NCBI GenBank assembly: GCA_963783305.1
Contig: CAWAMW010000007.1
Span: 256,001 to 320,000, forward strand
DNA from: an uncultured Gemmatimonadales bacterium
GTDB taxonomy: Bacteria > Gemmatimonadota > Gemmatimonadetes > Longimicrobiales > RSA9
Length of the DNA: 64,000 nucleotides
Reading direction: 5' to 3'
Shown: one piece after another, positions 38,604 through 48,622 of the stretch
How positions within the stretch are numbered: position 1 is the stretch's first letter
Layout of the letters: each line of letters opens with the position of its first letter
Position numbers and translations under genes: made by a program
The notes under the pieces: generated by a model
Database searches by the model: none
Seen by the model: only the letters and a program-made list of their open reading frames with translations
What the model was told of the DNA's origin: nothing

Positions 38604-41066
38604 ATGGAAGCGAACCGGGGGGACCTGTACCTCGGGGGTGAGGTCGACCCCACGACGGGTGACCGTACGGGTGCGGACGTAGTCGTGCCGGCCCACCACC
38701 TGACCACCCACGGCGTCATCCTGGGAATGACAGGGTCGGGAAAGACCGGCCTGGGTGTGGTGCTCCTGGAGGAGGCGCTGCTCTCGGGCGTGCCGATCCT
38801 CGTGCTGGACCCCAAGGGCGACATGGGCAACCTGCTCCTCACCTTTCCGGACCTGCTCCCGAAGGACTTCCTCCCGTGGGTGGACCCGGCTGAGGCGCGG
38901 CGAAAAGGGGTCGAGGTGGACGCGCTCGCGGCGTCGACGGCCGGGGCGTGGCGGGAGGGCCTGGCGTCGTGGGGGATCGGGCCCGATCGGATCCGTCGGC
39001 TGCGCGACGCCGCCGCGTTCACTCTGTACACGCCGGGCTCCAGCGCCGGCGCTCCAATGAACCTGCTCGGTTCCCTGCGTGCGCCCGCGATCGGACCGGC
39101 CGGTGCGTGGGGGGCGCCGGACATGGAGGCGAAGCGAGAGGAGATCGAGGGATTCGTGTCCAGCCTGTTGACGCTGGCGGGCGTGGACTCGGACCCGCTC
39201 TCGAGCCCGGAGCACATCTTCCTGTCCACCCTCATCGAGCACGAGTGGGCGGCGGGCCGGGACCTGGAGTTCGCCGACCTCATCCGACTGGCCCAGGATC
39301 CGCCCTTCCGGAAGCTCGGAGTCTTCGGGCTGGACGAGTTCTTCCCTGCAAAGGAGAGACGCGGGCTGGCGATGCGGCTGAACGCGCTGATGGCATCGCC
39401 GTCGTTTGCCTCCTGGCTCGAGGGGCCGCCGTTTGACCCGGGCTCCCTGGCGAGGGGAGCGGACGGCCGGACGGGCGCGTCGATCGTCTACCTGGCCCAC
39501 CTCTCCGACGCGGAGCGGCAGTTCGTCGTTACGATGCTCCTGACGCGCGTGATCACGTGGATGCGGCAGCAGCCGGGGACCTCCGACCTCCGCCTGCTGA
39601 TCTACATGGACGAGATGTTCGGGTTCGCGCCCCCCACCGCCGCCCCACCGTCGAAGAAGCCGATCCTCACGATCTTCAAGCAGGCGCGGGCTCATGGCGT
39701 GGGCATGGTGGTGTCGACACAGAACCCCGTAGACCTGGACTACAAGATCGTCTCCAACGCCGGGACCTGGATGCTGGGTCGTCTGCAGACGGAGCGGGAC
39801 AAGGCCCGCGTCCTGGAAGGCCTCCGGTCCGCGAGCGGAGCCGTGGACGTGCGTTCGGTGGACGCGCTCTTGAGCGGGCTGCGGCAGCGGGAGTTCATCC
39901 TGCGCACCACCCGGAGTGCTGAACCCTCCGTCTTCACCACCCGCTGGGCCATGTCCTATCTGCGAGGCAACCTCACCCGCGAAGAGGTCGGGCGGCTGGC
40001 AGGAGCAGCACCGAACTCGGGGATGGCCGGGGCGCCCGGGACAACCGCGGACGCCGGCGGGGGCGGGGGCGGGGGCGCGGGCGGGGTGGCATCGGGCGGA
40101 GGCGCCGCGGCGGCCGCGGAGGCGGTGGCTGGCGACCTCGGCCCGGACGAAACACCGGTGGCGCCGTCGGTCCCTTCGTCTGTGCCGGTATACTATCTGG
40201 ACCCGGCCGCGCCGTGGGCGGGTGACGTGGGGGGCGTGCCAGGCTCGAGCCGACTCGAGCCGGCGCTGGTGGCGCGACTTCGCCTCACGTTCGATGACCG
40301 GCGCGCACAGGTGGATCACACCGAGGAGTGGGAAGCGGTTTTCTTCCCTCTCACGACGCATTTCAACGCCGCGAGCGGCCGGGATGTCGACTACGACGAG
40401 CGGGACTTCCGCGACCAGCCGCCCCGGGACGCCCGGTACGTGCTGAGCGAAGCGCCTATCACGAGCCCAGCCTTCTTCAAGGACGCCGGGCGGGCCCTGC
40501 TGGACGAGGCCTGGCGACGGCGCGAGCTGACGGTGCTCCGGAACGGGGACCTCGGACTGTATTCCCGGCCGGGAGAGCAACGTGAGACATTCCTCGAGCG
40601 GTGCCGCACGGCGGCCACAGTGAAAGCCGACGAGGCCGCGGCGGCGCTACGGGACCGCTATGAGAAGAAGATCGATCGAGTCCGGGACGCGCTGGCCCGT
40701 GCGGAGAGCCGGGTACGGGAGCTCGAAGTGGATGTGTCGGCGCGCAAGCAGCAGGAGGTCGTGGCGGGCGCCGGGAAACTGCTCTCCATGTTCCTCCGCG
40801 GCCGGGCCAGCGCCGCCGGGCTGTCAGGTGTGGCGTCCCGGAGGTCCATGACGCGACGTGCAGAGGAGCGGCTCCGTACCTCCACAGAACGGCAGGCGGG
40901 ACAGGAGGCGGAGATCCGGGACCTGGAGGACGAGCTCGCGGACGAGCTGCGGGCGATCATGGACGAGTGGGAGGGACGGGCGGGAGCCGTGGATGCGGTG
41001 GAGATCGGACTGGAGAAGGACGACGTGGCCGTCGAGGAGATCGGGCTCCTGTGGATCCCCAGGTGA
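38604..41066 (+). CDS. HerA/DUF87-like P-loop ATPase with C-terminal coiled coil
   Basis: HGVILGMTGSGKT, LDPKGD, YMDEMFG and STQNPVDLDY; Gly/Ala-rich linker. Confidence 0.85.
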   Translation: MEANRGDLYLGGEVDPTTGDRTGADVVVPAHHLTTHGVILGMTGSGKTGLGVVLLEEALLSGVPILVLDPKGDMGNLLLTFPDLLPKDFLPWVDPAEARRKGVEVDALAASTAGAWREGLASWGIGPDRIRRLRDAAAFTLYTPGSSAGAPMNLLGSLRAPAIGPAGAWGAPDMEAKREEIEGFVSSLLTLAGVDSDPLSSPEHIFLSTLIEHEWAAGRDLEFADLIRLAQDPPFRKLGVFGLDEFFPAKERRGLAMRLNALMASPSFASWLEGPPFDPGSLARGADGRTGASIVYLAHLSDAERQFVVTMLLTRVITWMRQQPGTSDLRLLIYMDEMFGFAPPTAAPPSKKPILTIFKQARAHGVGMVVSTQNPVDLDYKIVSNAGTWMLGRLQTERDKARVLEGLRSASGAVDVRSVDALLSGLRQREFILRTTRSAEPSVFTTRWAMSYLRGNLTREEVGRLAGAAPNSGMAGAPGTTADAGGGGGGGAGGVASGGGAAAAAEAVAGDLGPDETPVAPSVPSSVPVYYLDPAAPWAGDVGGVPGSSRLEPALVARLRLTFDDRRAQVDHTEEWEAVFFPLTTHFNAASGRDVDYDERDFRDQPPRDARYVLSEAPITSPAFFKDAGRALLDEAWRRRELTVLRNGDLGLYSRPGEQRETFLERCRTAATVKADEAAAALRDRYEKKIDRVRDALARAESRVRELEVDVSARKQQEVVAGAGKLLSMFLRGRASAAGLSGVASRRSMTRRAEERLRTSTERQAGQEAEIRDLEDELADELRAIMDEWEGRAGAVDAVEIGLEKDDVAVEEIGLLWIPR

Positions 41067-41141
41067 ATACCCCTCGTCGAGGGAACGCGCAGCCCCGACT
41101 CACTCGCGCGTCCGCGAGGTGGCTTCTGGGGTCCGTCACCG

Positions 41142-42029
41142 CTATGGCTCCAGCTCGCTCCGATTCCAGCCGCCGAGATCAGCCGCTGCGGCGTACGCGG
41201 AACGGAGGAAGGCCAAGGCACCCTCTTCGTCGACGGTCGCTTCAGCGGGCGCAGGCCATGGGAGCACGAACTCATGGAGATCCTGATGGTACGCGCCCCC
41301 CGAGGTGACCCGGGCCTCCGGGAATCCCTCCGGCTCGGGGTACGCGTAGGCGTAGAATGCCGGCTGCGGGAACGCCTCGCTGCCCGGCCACCAGCCGGCG
41401 CTGAACACCTCGTGTGAGTAGGCTTCCCGGGTCACCCAGTCCGCCAGGCTGGGGAACCCGCCCGGGTGGGGAGGGGCAGCTCGGCCCGAGAAGCGGCTGA
41501 CGGCGAGATCGAAGCTGCCCCAGAAGAAGTGCACGGGGCTGGATTTCCCGATGAACTCGCCACGGAACCGCCTGAGGATGCGATCCGCGCCAGCAAGGGC
41601 ACGGAAGAGGCTGGTGACCTTCTCCGCCTCGTATGAGCGGTGGACCCGGTCCTCGTCAAATGGGATCGGATTCGCCACTTCAACCGGCCGTCGCCAGAAA
41701 TCGACCTCGAGCCCGTGCTCGCGCAGCGCGCCCACGAGCCTGTCGTGGAACTCCGCCACTGTCATGGGCAGGAGCGGCACGCGGGCCGCGCTCCCGTCCG
41801 AAATGGTGATCCGACACTCGTGCTCCACCAGGTCCAGGTCGATCTCGAACGTCCTGTCACCATGAGGGAGCGGCCCCGTGCCGAGCCCGCGGGTGGTCAC
41901 GTGCTGGGCGATGTGCCACCAGTGGTTCACGGATGGGGCCAGCGCAAGCTGGATCTTTCCCACGATCTGGGTCCACATGTGGAGTGTTCCCAGCGACTCG
42001 CGCCAGGCCTCATACGGCTGACCGCTCAT
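41142..42029 (-). CDS. DUF5996-like protein
   Basis: TLHMWTQIVGK, NHWWH, GKSSPVHFFWGSFDLAVSRFSG and AFYAYAYPEP. Confidence 0.8.
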   Translation of the reverse strand: MSGQPYEAWRESLGTLHMWTQIVGKIQLALAPSVNHWWHIAQHVTTRGLGTGPLPHGDRTFEIDLDLVEHECRITISDGSAARVPLLPMTVAEFHDRLVGALREHGLEVDFWRRPVEVANPIPFDEDRVHRSYEAEKVTSLFRALAGADRILRRFRGEFIGKSSPVHFFWGSFDLAVSRFSGRAAPPHPGGFPSLADWVTREAYSHEVFSAGWWPGSEAFPQPAFYAYAYPEPEGFPEARVTSGGAYHQDLHEFVLPWPAPAEATVDEEGALAFLRSAYAAAADLGGWNRSELEP

Positions 42030-42193
42030 GACGGCCCCCCGTCCGGTTCGGCGGCCGCTTCGTTCGCCTTTTCAAGGGCGGAATCGATTGTGGACGATGT
42101 GAGCGCAAGCTGGTCCGGGTAGCACCATGCCCAGTCCTCGCCCGGCTCGTAGAAGCGGATGACCTGGTCGAGGTGCGTGCACCGGGTGGCCAT
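42026..42193 (-). pseudogene. UBP-type zinc-finger protein with in-frame internal deletion (55 aa)
   Basis: MATRCTHLDQV joined directly to IRFYEPGEDWAWCYPD; Cys/His core missing; ATGA overlap with the DUF5996 gene. Confidence 0.7.
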
Positions 42194-42552
42194 GGTTCAG
42201 CCTTTCGTTGGGGCAGACTGTCGATTCAGCCGTCTTGGCGCGGGCCGCAAGGCAGGTTTCAGGGCGACCACGAGTGTGAGCGGGTGCGGGATCTGTGCCA
42301 GAGGCAGAATCCCGCGTGTGGCGCGCGGAGATTCGCCGAAGACCCGGGGTATGCGCCCCTCGGGGCGCGCTCGGCATGGGGAAGGGCGGGGCGGGGACCG
42401 CCAGATCAGGCGGCCCGAGTGGCCACCTCCCGGTGTGCGACGCGGGTCCCGTGGTCCATGGGGACGGTTCGCAGGAATCCATGGCTCATGGCACGACGGC
42501 TTGTGGGTCCGGAGTGAAAGGGGCCGGCGTCGGTCCGCGCGGAAGTGCCGCC

Positions 42553-43347
42553 TCAAAGCGTTCTCCAGGCGAACGCCGACCCCGCCACGACGGTCAGAGC
42601 CGCGGCCACTACCTGGTTGACGCGTAACCCCCGAACCACCTCCGACTCGCGGCGCAGCGGCTCGAGCCAGACACGGCCAAGCCCATACCATGCGAGCACG
42701 GCGAGGGCATAGGACCCGGTGGGGAACGGTCTCGGCCACAACCAGACCAGGCCGGCACACGCCAGGAGCCACCAGCCGATCTCGAGCCATTGCACGGGAA
42801 CGCGGCGCCTGCGGACGCCGAGGACATCGTGCTGCCGAAGCGCGAACCATCGGTCCGAATCGCGGCCTACGCAGCAGCCGTTGCAGATGCAGCCGAAACG
42901 GATCCACGCACCGCCCACGGCGATCGCAATGGCCGCGTGGTCCCAGAAGACGCCGGTGGGGATGCCGAAGATCGAGGCGAACAGGAGCGACGACGGCACC
43001 ACAACGAGGCTGCCGAGGACGCTCCCGCCACCCAGGCCGGGCCGCCGAGCCGTGGCAAGGAAGCCGGCCGCCCGGTAGACCCGGAAGTGTAGCGCCATAT
43101 GGTAGAGTCGTGCGGCGAGCAGTCCCACGATGGCGACCAGCAGCATTCCCGCCCCGAGCCGGAGCGGCGAGGTGTCGGATCTCAGGCCTACGGCCGCGGC
43201 CGTCAGGATGCCGGAGTAGATGCCGACGCAGCAGAATACCCGATAGGCGTTGACGCGGTGACCCGCGATCCTGAAGGAGCGCGGGAAGGCGGCAGCGTTC
43301 GCTGTGCTCCACGTTCCCTCGGCGCTCCGCTGGGTGAGGCGGGTCAT
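42553..43347 (-). CDS. Divergent prolipoprotein diacylglyceryl transferase (Lgt-like)
   Basis: LLAARLYH, IRFGCICNGCCVG, PVQWLE and YGLGRVWLEPLR. Confidence 0.75.
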   Translation of the reverse strand: MTRLTQRSAEGTWSTANAAAFPRSFRIAGHRVNAYRVFCCVGIYSGILTAAAVGLRSDTSPLRLGAGMLLVAIVGLLAARLYHMALHFRVYRAAGFLATARRPGLGGGSVLGSLVVVPSSLLFASIFGIPTGVFWDHAAIAIAVGGAWIRFGCICNGCCVGRDSDRWFALRQHDVLGVRRRRVPVQWLEIGWWLLACAGLVWLWPRPFPTGSYALAVLAWYGLGRVWLEPLRRESEVVRGLRVNQVVAAALTVVAGSAFAWRTL

Positions 43348-43766
43348 GAAAGCGCCCTGACGAGATCGAACGCGAGAGCGATCACGCCGATGGTGAGGGC
43401 CACGTCGGCGAGGTCGAAGGCCGGCCAGAAGCGCAGGCAGACGTAGTCACAGACCGACCCGCGCACCGACGTCTCGAGGGCATGGCTGAGCGAGCCACCG
43501 AGCAGCAGGCCGAACGCCCACCCCGTGGCTGGGAGCATCACGGCGGCGCCGATCGCCGCACCGGCGGCGGCGACCCACACGGCCCACAACGCTGGCAACG
43601 ACACCCCGCCCAGAGCACGCCGGCCCCAGATCTGGCTCTCCACTACGCGGAGTTCACCGAGGACGCCGAGAGGGAGGGTCCGTTCGCCCACGCGGCGGCG
43701 CACCACCCGCTTGACGGTGTGATCGAACATCGGAACCACGACGGCGCAGACCAGGAGGGCGTTCAT
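43344..43766 (-). CDS. Divergent signal peptidase II (LspA-like)
   Basis: FDHTVK, LLLGGSLSHALE and GSVCDYV..WPAFDLADVALTIG (both catalytic Asp positions). Confidence 0.75.
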   Translation of the reverse strand: MNALLVCAVVVPMFDHTVKRVVRRRVGERTLPLGVLGELRVVESQIWGRRALGGVSLPALWAVWVAAAGAAIGAAVMLPATGWAFGLLLGGSLSHALETSVRGSVCDYVCLRFWPAFDLADVALTIGVIALAFDLVRALS

Positions 43767-43784
43767 CGCAGGTCTGGTAGGCCC

Positions 43785-46430
43785 TCAGTACGCCGGGCGG
43801 CGGCTCCCGCCATGCCGCTGGGTGCCGAGTTGGATGCGCGAGATCCGCCCCTCGGGGTCGATCTCGATCGTCGTGGGCCAGCAGCGGACCCCGAACGCCC
43901 CGGCGACTCGGTGCTCCGCGTCCTCCACGACGGGGAGGGAAAGCCCGTGCTCGTTGCAGATCGCGTCGAGGTTGCGGGAATCGTGGCTGCCATGGAAGGC
44001 GAGGATGAACGGGGCCGCCTTGTCGGCATCGCGCATTGCCTGCACGCGGTGCAGCTCGGCGAGGCAGGGGGTGGACCAGGACTGCCAGAACGTGAGCAGC
44101 ACGGGCCGCCCACGGAGCCGGTGCAGCGCCCCAGAATGGCCCCGGTCGTCGCGGAAATGGAAGTCGGGCGCCGGGTCGCCCACACCCACGCTCAGCCGCA
44201 GGGGCCGAAAGCGCGGCTCTGGTGTGGCGCTCGTGTGCTGGTCGAGCGCCTGGGCGGCGGCCGCGGAATCGAGGGTGCCCGCGGCGCTCCAGGCGACCTC
44301 GCGGCGCGCATTGATCAGGAAGAGGGACGGCCGGTTGCTTACGTCGAAGGTTCGCGCCCACCCGCCCGCCGTATCCTCGACCACCTGCACGCGCGGGGCG
44401 GCGGTCGCCGGGAACACCTCGAGCCGGGTCTCGAGCTGGCGTCGGGAGGCCTCGAACGCGCCCGCCGGGAGTATGACGAACACGGCCAGCGCGATTTGCT
44501 GGCGACGGCGCGTTTTCAGCGCCGTGGCGAGACTGTCGAACGGCCGATCGGTGTCCCAGTCGGGGAAGAAGACGAGCGCATTCTGCGTGGGCCCCTGCTG
44601 CAGCGTGTCGTTCTGGACAGCGACGTCTGCCGCGACAGCGTCCCTGAGCGGCCCATCCTCCGGCACGTCCGGCATCCACACCGGCACGGTAACCGGCTCC
44701 CACCAGGACGGGGCGTCGAAGGCTACGACGGGCTCATTGACCTCGCACGTCGTGCCGGCGGTGACATCTTCCACGCTGCCGTCGGGCAGGATGCGCTCGC
44801 CCTCGATACGCAGGCAGATCCGGCTGAGCTCGGTGATGCCCGGCGGCTTCTCGAGGATGAAGCGGTCGGCGTCGGCCAAAGACTTCTCCTCACCGGACCA
44901 GATCGTGGGTCCCCGGAGCCGATCCGTCGGGTACTCGACCCAGGACCAGATGAAGCGGTCGATGCGACCACCGGGGATCCAGCTCTCGAACGCGGTGAAC
45001 GCGTCGCCCAGGCCGGTTTCGCTGATTCGCACCACCGGCGCGATCCGCTGCGCGCTCGTGAAATCGCCGCGGACGGTGACACCGTTCGTCGACATGTCCA
45101 GCTCCGTGTACCGGACGGACCCGGAGCCCTCGAAGGCCTGCAGCGCCTCGGTCAGGCTCTCGTTGGCGTCCCGGAACACGGCCCGGACCGCGGACTCGTT
45201 GGCGGCGAGGGCGGTGGCGATCTCGGATCTGACCATGTTGACCGCGCGGCTGTGGGGGATGAACCACGACTCGTCGACCTGGGGATCGCCCAACGCTTCG
45301 AGGTCCACTCTCCCTGTTGCGGGGTCCAGCACGAGCCCGATCCGCTGCTCGAATTCAACGTACCCGTCGGGCGCCCAGAACGTCTCGGTTTCGACCTCCA
45401 CGCGACCCTGGATCTCGATGAATGCGGCGTGGAAGCTCAGCGAGGGGCCCGCCGAGAACCGGAGCCCATAGGTCAACCGGCCGCCGAACAGCCCTGTGCG
45501 CAGACGTAGCGTGATGGTCCTTTGCGCGATGGCGTCGCGAATCCCGTCGAGGGCGATCTGGCTCGCCACGTACTCCCGACCGACGGCGAACGCGAACCCA
45601 CTGGAGCCGAGGGCTGGCTGCGTGATGCCGCCGAGGCCCGTCGGAGGGGCCGGACTGCCGGACAGCTGAAGGGGAAGGGCGATCGCGGTGTTCTGGCCGC
45701 TTCCCAGGCCCTTGAAACCCGTGAACGGGAATCCGTCCGGCAGGTCGATCGGCGGCATGACGATCCGCTCACGGAGGACCTTGCGGACCTGGCCGGTGAT
45801 CCTGGCGATGTCCGCGTCGCTGAGGCCGCTGGCCGGGCGGGGGACGAACTCGATCTTCTGGTCCTCCGCGGAGGGCTCGACAATAAGCCGCGCGCCAGCG
45901 CCGGCCCCCACCTTCCGGACCTCGAACACCGCGCGCACTTCGCCGTGGACATGCTCGGGCAGCTCGGTCGTGCCCGCGTCGGCTTCGTAGCGGACCCGCG
46001 CATCCGCGTGCACTGTGATCTCTGACGTCGACCCCTCGGCGACGCTGACCCGGACGGTCGACAGTTGCAGCGCGGCGGTGCCGCGGATCACGTCGCGCGG
46101 TGCCGGCACGGGGAACGCTTCGAGCTCCTCCAGCGACGCGGCCACCCGTCGAGCAGCACCCGGCGGCGAGGCTGCGACCAGCCGGTCACGGATCGGCTGC
46201 CGGGAGTCGGGAGGGCGCGTACGCTCCAGTTGGACCACCCAGTCGCCGAACGCCTCCAGCTCTGGCCCCCGGTGCCGCAGCTCGCCGACCTGTGTGCGCG
46301 CGCTGTGCAGCAGCTTCAGGGGCGCGTCGGCGCTCGCGCCGTTCTGGTGCAGAGTCGCGAGCAAGCCGTTGATCTGCCGGGTCGCGATCTGCACCACGGC
46401 ATCGAAGTCTCCGGTCAGTGGGTTCGGCAT
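43785..46430 (-). CDS. Large protein with unknown N-terminal region and two C-terminal thioredoxin-like (TlpA/redoxin) domains
   Basis: GDPAPDF..RGRPVLLTFWQSWSTPC..FGVRCWPTTIEIDPEGRI, preceded by a Cys-free copy ..ARTFDVSNRPSLFLINARREV. Confidence 0.75.
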   Translation of the reverse strand: MPNPLTGDFDAVVQIATRQINGLLATLHQNGASADAPLKLLHSARTQVGELRHRGPELEAFGDWVVQLERTRPPDSRQPIRDRLVAASPPGAARRVAASLEELEAFPVPAPRDVIRGTAALQLSTVRVSVAEGSTSEITVHADARVRYEADAGTTELPEHVHGEVRAVFEVRKVGAGAGARLIVEPSAEDQKIEFVPRPASGLSDADIARITGQVRKVLRERIVMPPIDLPDGFPFTGFKGLGSGQNTAIALPLQLSGSPAPPTGLGGITQPALGSSGFAFAVGREYVASQIALDGIRDAIAQRTITLRLRTGLFGGRLTYGLRFSAGPSLSFHAAFIEIQGRVEVETETFWAPDGYVEFEQRIGLVLDPATGRVDLEALGDPQVDESWFIPHSRAVNMVRSEIATALAANESAVRAVFRDANESLTEALQAFEGSGSVRYTELDMSTNGVTVRGDFTSAQRIAPVVRISETGLGDAFTAFESWIPGGRIDRFIWSWVEYPTDRLRGPTIWSGEEKSLADADRFILEKPPGITELSRICLRIEGERILPDGSVEDVTAGTTCEVNEPVVAFDAPSWWEPVTVPVWMPDVPEDGPLRDAVAADVAVQNDTLQQGPTQNALVFFPDWDTDRPFDSLATALKTRRRQQIALAVFVILPAGAFEASRRQLETRLEVFPATAAPRVQVVEDTAGGWARTFDVSNRPSLFLINARREVAWSAAGTLDSAAAAQALDQHTSATPEPRFRPLRLSVGVGDPAPDFHFRDDRGHSGALHRLRGRPVLLTFWQSWSTPCLAELHRVQAMRDADKAAPFILAFHGSHDSRNLDAICNEHGLSLPVVEDAEHRVAGAFGVRCWPTTIEIDPEGRISRIQLGTQRHGGSRRPAY

Positions 46431-46431
46431 A

Positions 46432-47046
46432 TCAGCTCACGTCGATGCGCTGGACGATCAAGACGACGCTCCGAGTGTTGTAGCCGGATTGCCGATCGGC
46501 CGTCAGGGCTTCGTGCAGGGGAGGATCCTGGACCGGTCCAATGAACGCCGTGGCGTCGGTACTCGGCACGGTCTCCGATACGGACATCCTGCCGGGATCC
46601 CCGACGTCGAACGCGAGCAACAGCGGACTCATCCCGTCGAAGGCGAAATCCACCCACTTCAGCTCCATGACCTCTTCGCCCTCCTCAGCGGCGGGTACCA
46701 GGAGTGGGTAGCTCTCAGGGACCAGCTTCGGGTCGGCCGCCGAGTCGTACGGGTCGCCAACGCCCGACGGCTGGGAAATCGTGATGCTCTGGATGATGAG
46801 ATTGCTGTCCGGAGGGCGCTGCAGGGTGAGGCGGACCCTGTCGCCGGTCCCGGCCAGGCGGTCCGGCTCGATCCGCTGAACGAGGCAGCGGTTCCTCATC
46901 TCCCTCGTCTCCGCCAGCGTGATCTCGAAGGCCTTTCGCGGCACGGCCGATTCGAAAAGAAGGCTGCAGCCGGCAAAGCCGAAGAGGAGCACGACCGGAA
47001 CCAGAACGACCGGGATCAGGACGACTAATGCGAGCCACTCGATCAT
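46432..47046 (-). CDS. Hypothetical protein, putative lipoprotein
   Basis: Hydrophobic N-terminus ending FAGC (Cys27); GGAGAGG RBS; 1-bp gap to the next gene. Confidence 0.7.
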   Translation of the reverse strand: MIEWLALVVLIPVVLVPVVLLFGFAGCSLLFESAVPRKAFEITLAETREMRNRCLVQRIEPDRLAGTGDRVRLTLQRPPDSNLIIQSITISQPSGVGDPYDSAADPKLVPESYPLLVPAAEEGEEVMELKWVDFAFDGMSPLLLAFDVGDPGRMSVSETVPSTDATAFIGPVQDPPLHEALTADRQSGYNTRSVVLIVQRIDVS

Positions 47047-47435
47047 CCGCCTCTCCCCGGGTGGAGGAACATGGAGCCGTCAGACAGCCGGATGGCGGCG
47101 TCGAAATCCGGCGCGAGCCCGAGGGCGAACAGGGCGAACCATGGCATGGGGGTCCTTGGTCGTGGGGGCTGGTCCGGACGCACCTCGTTCGGGCCAGTGA
47201 CCTGAGCGGGATCGGCAGCCGCCGTCGCCGCCTGTTCGACCAGGATTCGGCCGAGGGAAATACTTGTGAGGGCTGCAGATGCATACGTTGGGCTCCCGGT
47301 GAAGTCAATCGTGACGTTTGATACACGCCCGAAATCAAGATCGGAGAGAACTGGAGCGGATAGAGGAGTTGGGGGTGATAACGTCGAGCAGGAAGGGAAG
47401 CGCCGCCGCGCGCTGTGGTCGCAGGTTGGAGGGCC

Positions 47436-47479
47436 ATGGAATACCCCGAAGCGATCGGGTATCGCTTCGGGGTTTCCAT
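47436..47479. terminator. Long hairpin, probable terminator downstream of the ADH gene
   Basis: ATGGAA(T)ACCCCGAAGCGAT-CGGGT-ATCGCTTCGGGGTTTCCAT. Confidence 0.55.
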
Positions 47480-47563
47480 TTGAGGACCGGCTGCGCTGTT
47501 GAGCGTGCGGGCCCGGGCTCTCACGGGTGCGGAACGATCCGCTTCCGCCCCGTCTTCCGCGGG

Positions 47564-48622
47564 TCAGCGGGAGATGGCGACCTTCATGGACTTGGTCTCC
47601 GCAGCCCGGCCGAAGATGTCGTACGCCTCCATCATATCATCCAGCTTGAAGCGGTGCGTCACGAACTGCTCGGGCTTCAGCTTGCCCTGGCTGACGAGCT
47701 TGAGGAGCATCGGCGTCGTGGTGGCGCTGACGAGCCCGGTGGTGATGCTGACGTCCTTGATCCAGAGCTCCTGCAGCTTGAGCTCCACCGACTTGCCGTG
47801 GACGCCCACATTGGCCACCGAGGCGCCCGGGCGGATGAGCGAAGTGCACATGTCGAACGTCTCGGGGATGCCTACAGCCTCGATGGCGACGTCCACGCCC
47901 AGGCCGCCGTCCGTCATGGCCAACACCTGATCCCGCCAATCGTCCTTGCCGCTGTTGACGGTGTCCGTGGCGCCAAACTTCCGCGCCATCTCGAGCCGGT
48001 TGTCGTCCAGGTCAATGGCGATGACGCGGGAGGCGCCGTGGAGCCCGGCGGTCATGATCACGGAGAGCCCGACGGGACCCGCGCCGACGACGGCCACCAC
48101 ATCACCCGGCTGCACGTCGCCGTTGCGGATGCCGATCTCGAATCCGGTAGGCAGGATATCGGAGAGCATGATCGCGGCCTCGTCGCTGACTTCGTCCGGA
48201 AGCTTGTGCAGCGAGTTGTCGGCGAACGGGATGCGCACGTATTCCGCCTGCGTCCCGTCGATCAGGTGGCCCAGGATCCAGCCGATCCCCGACGTCCCTT
48301 CGGCGTCCAGGCAGTGGGACGGAAGCTGCTGGTGGCAGTATGCGCACGAGCCGCACGCCGTGATGCACGAGATGATCACCCGGTCGCCGACCTCGAGCCC
48401 TTTCACCGCCGACCCTACTTCCGTGACCGTGCCGACGCCTTCATGGCCGAGGATCCGGCCGTCGGTGACCGCAGGCACGTCGCCCTTCAGGATATGCAGG
48501 TCCGTGCCGCAGATGGTGGTGGTATCGATCTGAACGATCGCGTCGGTAGGCTCCAGTATCTTCGGGTCCGGCACCTCTTCCCACGACTTCTGGCCGGGCC
48601 CGTGATAGACGAGTGCTTTCAT
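47564..48622 (-). CDS. Zinc-dependent alcohol dehydrogenase family
   Basis: TICGTDLH, GHEGVG, CGSCAYC..C, SDILPTG and GAGPVG. Confidence 0.95.
   Translation of the reverse strand: MKALVYHGPGQKSWEEVPDPKILEPTDAIVQIDTTTICGTDLHILKGDVPAVTDGRILGHEGVGTVTEVGSAVKGLEVGDRVIISCITACGSCAYCHQQLPSHCLDAEGTSGIGWILGHLIDGTQAEYVRIPFADNSLHKLPDEVSDEAAIMLSDILPTGFEIGIRNGDVQPGDVVAVVGAGPVGLSVIMTAGLHGASRVIAIDLDDNRLEMARKFGATDTVNSGKDDWRDQVLAMTDGGLGVDVAIEAVGIPETFDMCTSLIRPGASVANVGVHGKSVELKLQELWIKDVSITTGLVSATTTPMLLKLVSQGKLKPEQFVTHRFKLDDMMEAYDIFGRAAETKSMKVAISR

Noticed and set aside
47415..47436. GGTCGCAGGTT...CCA as a tRNA remnant before the hairpin
   Set aside because: No TTCGA loop or cloverleaf can be built
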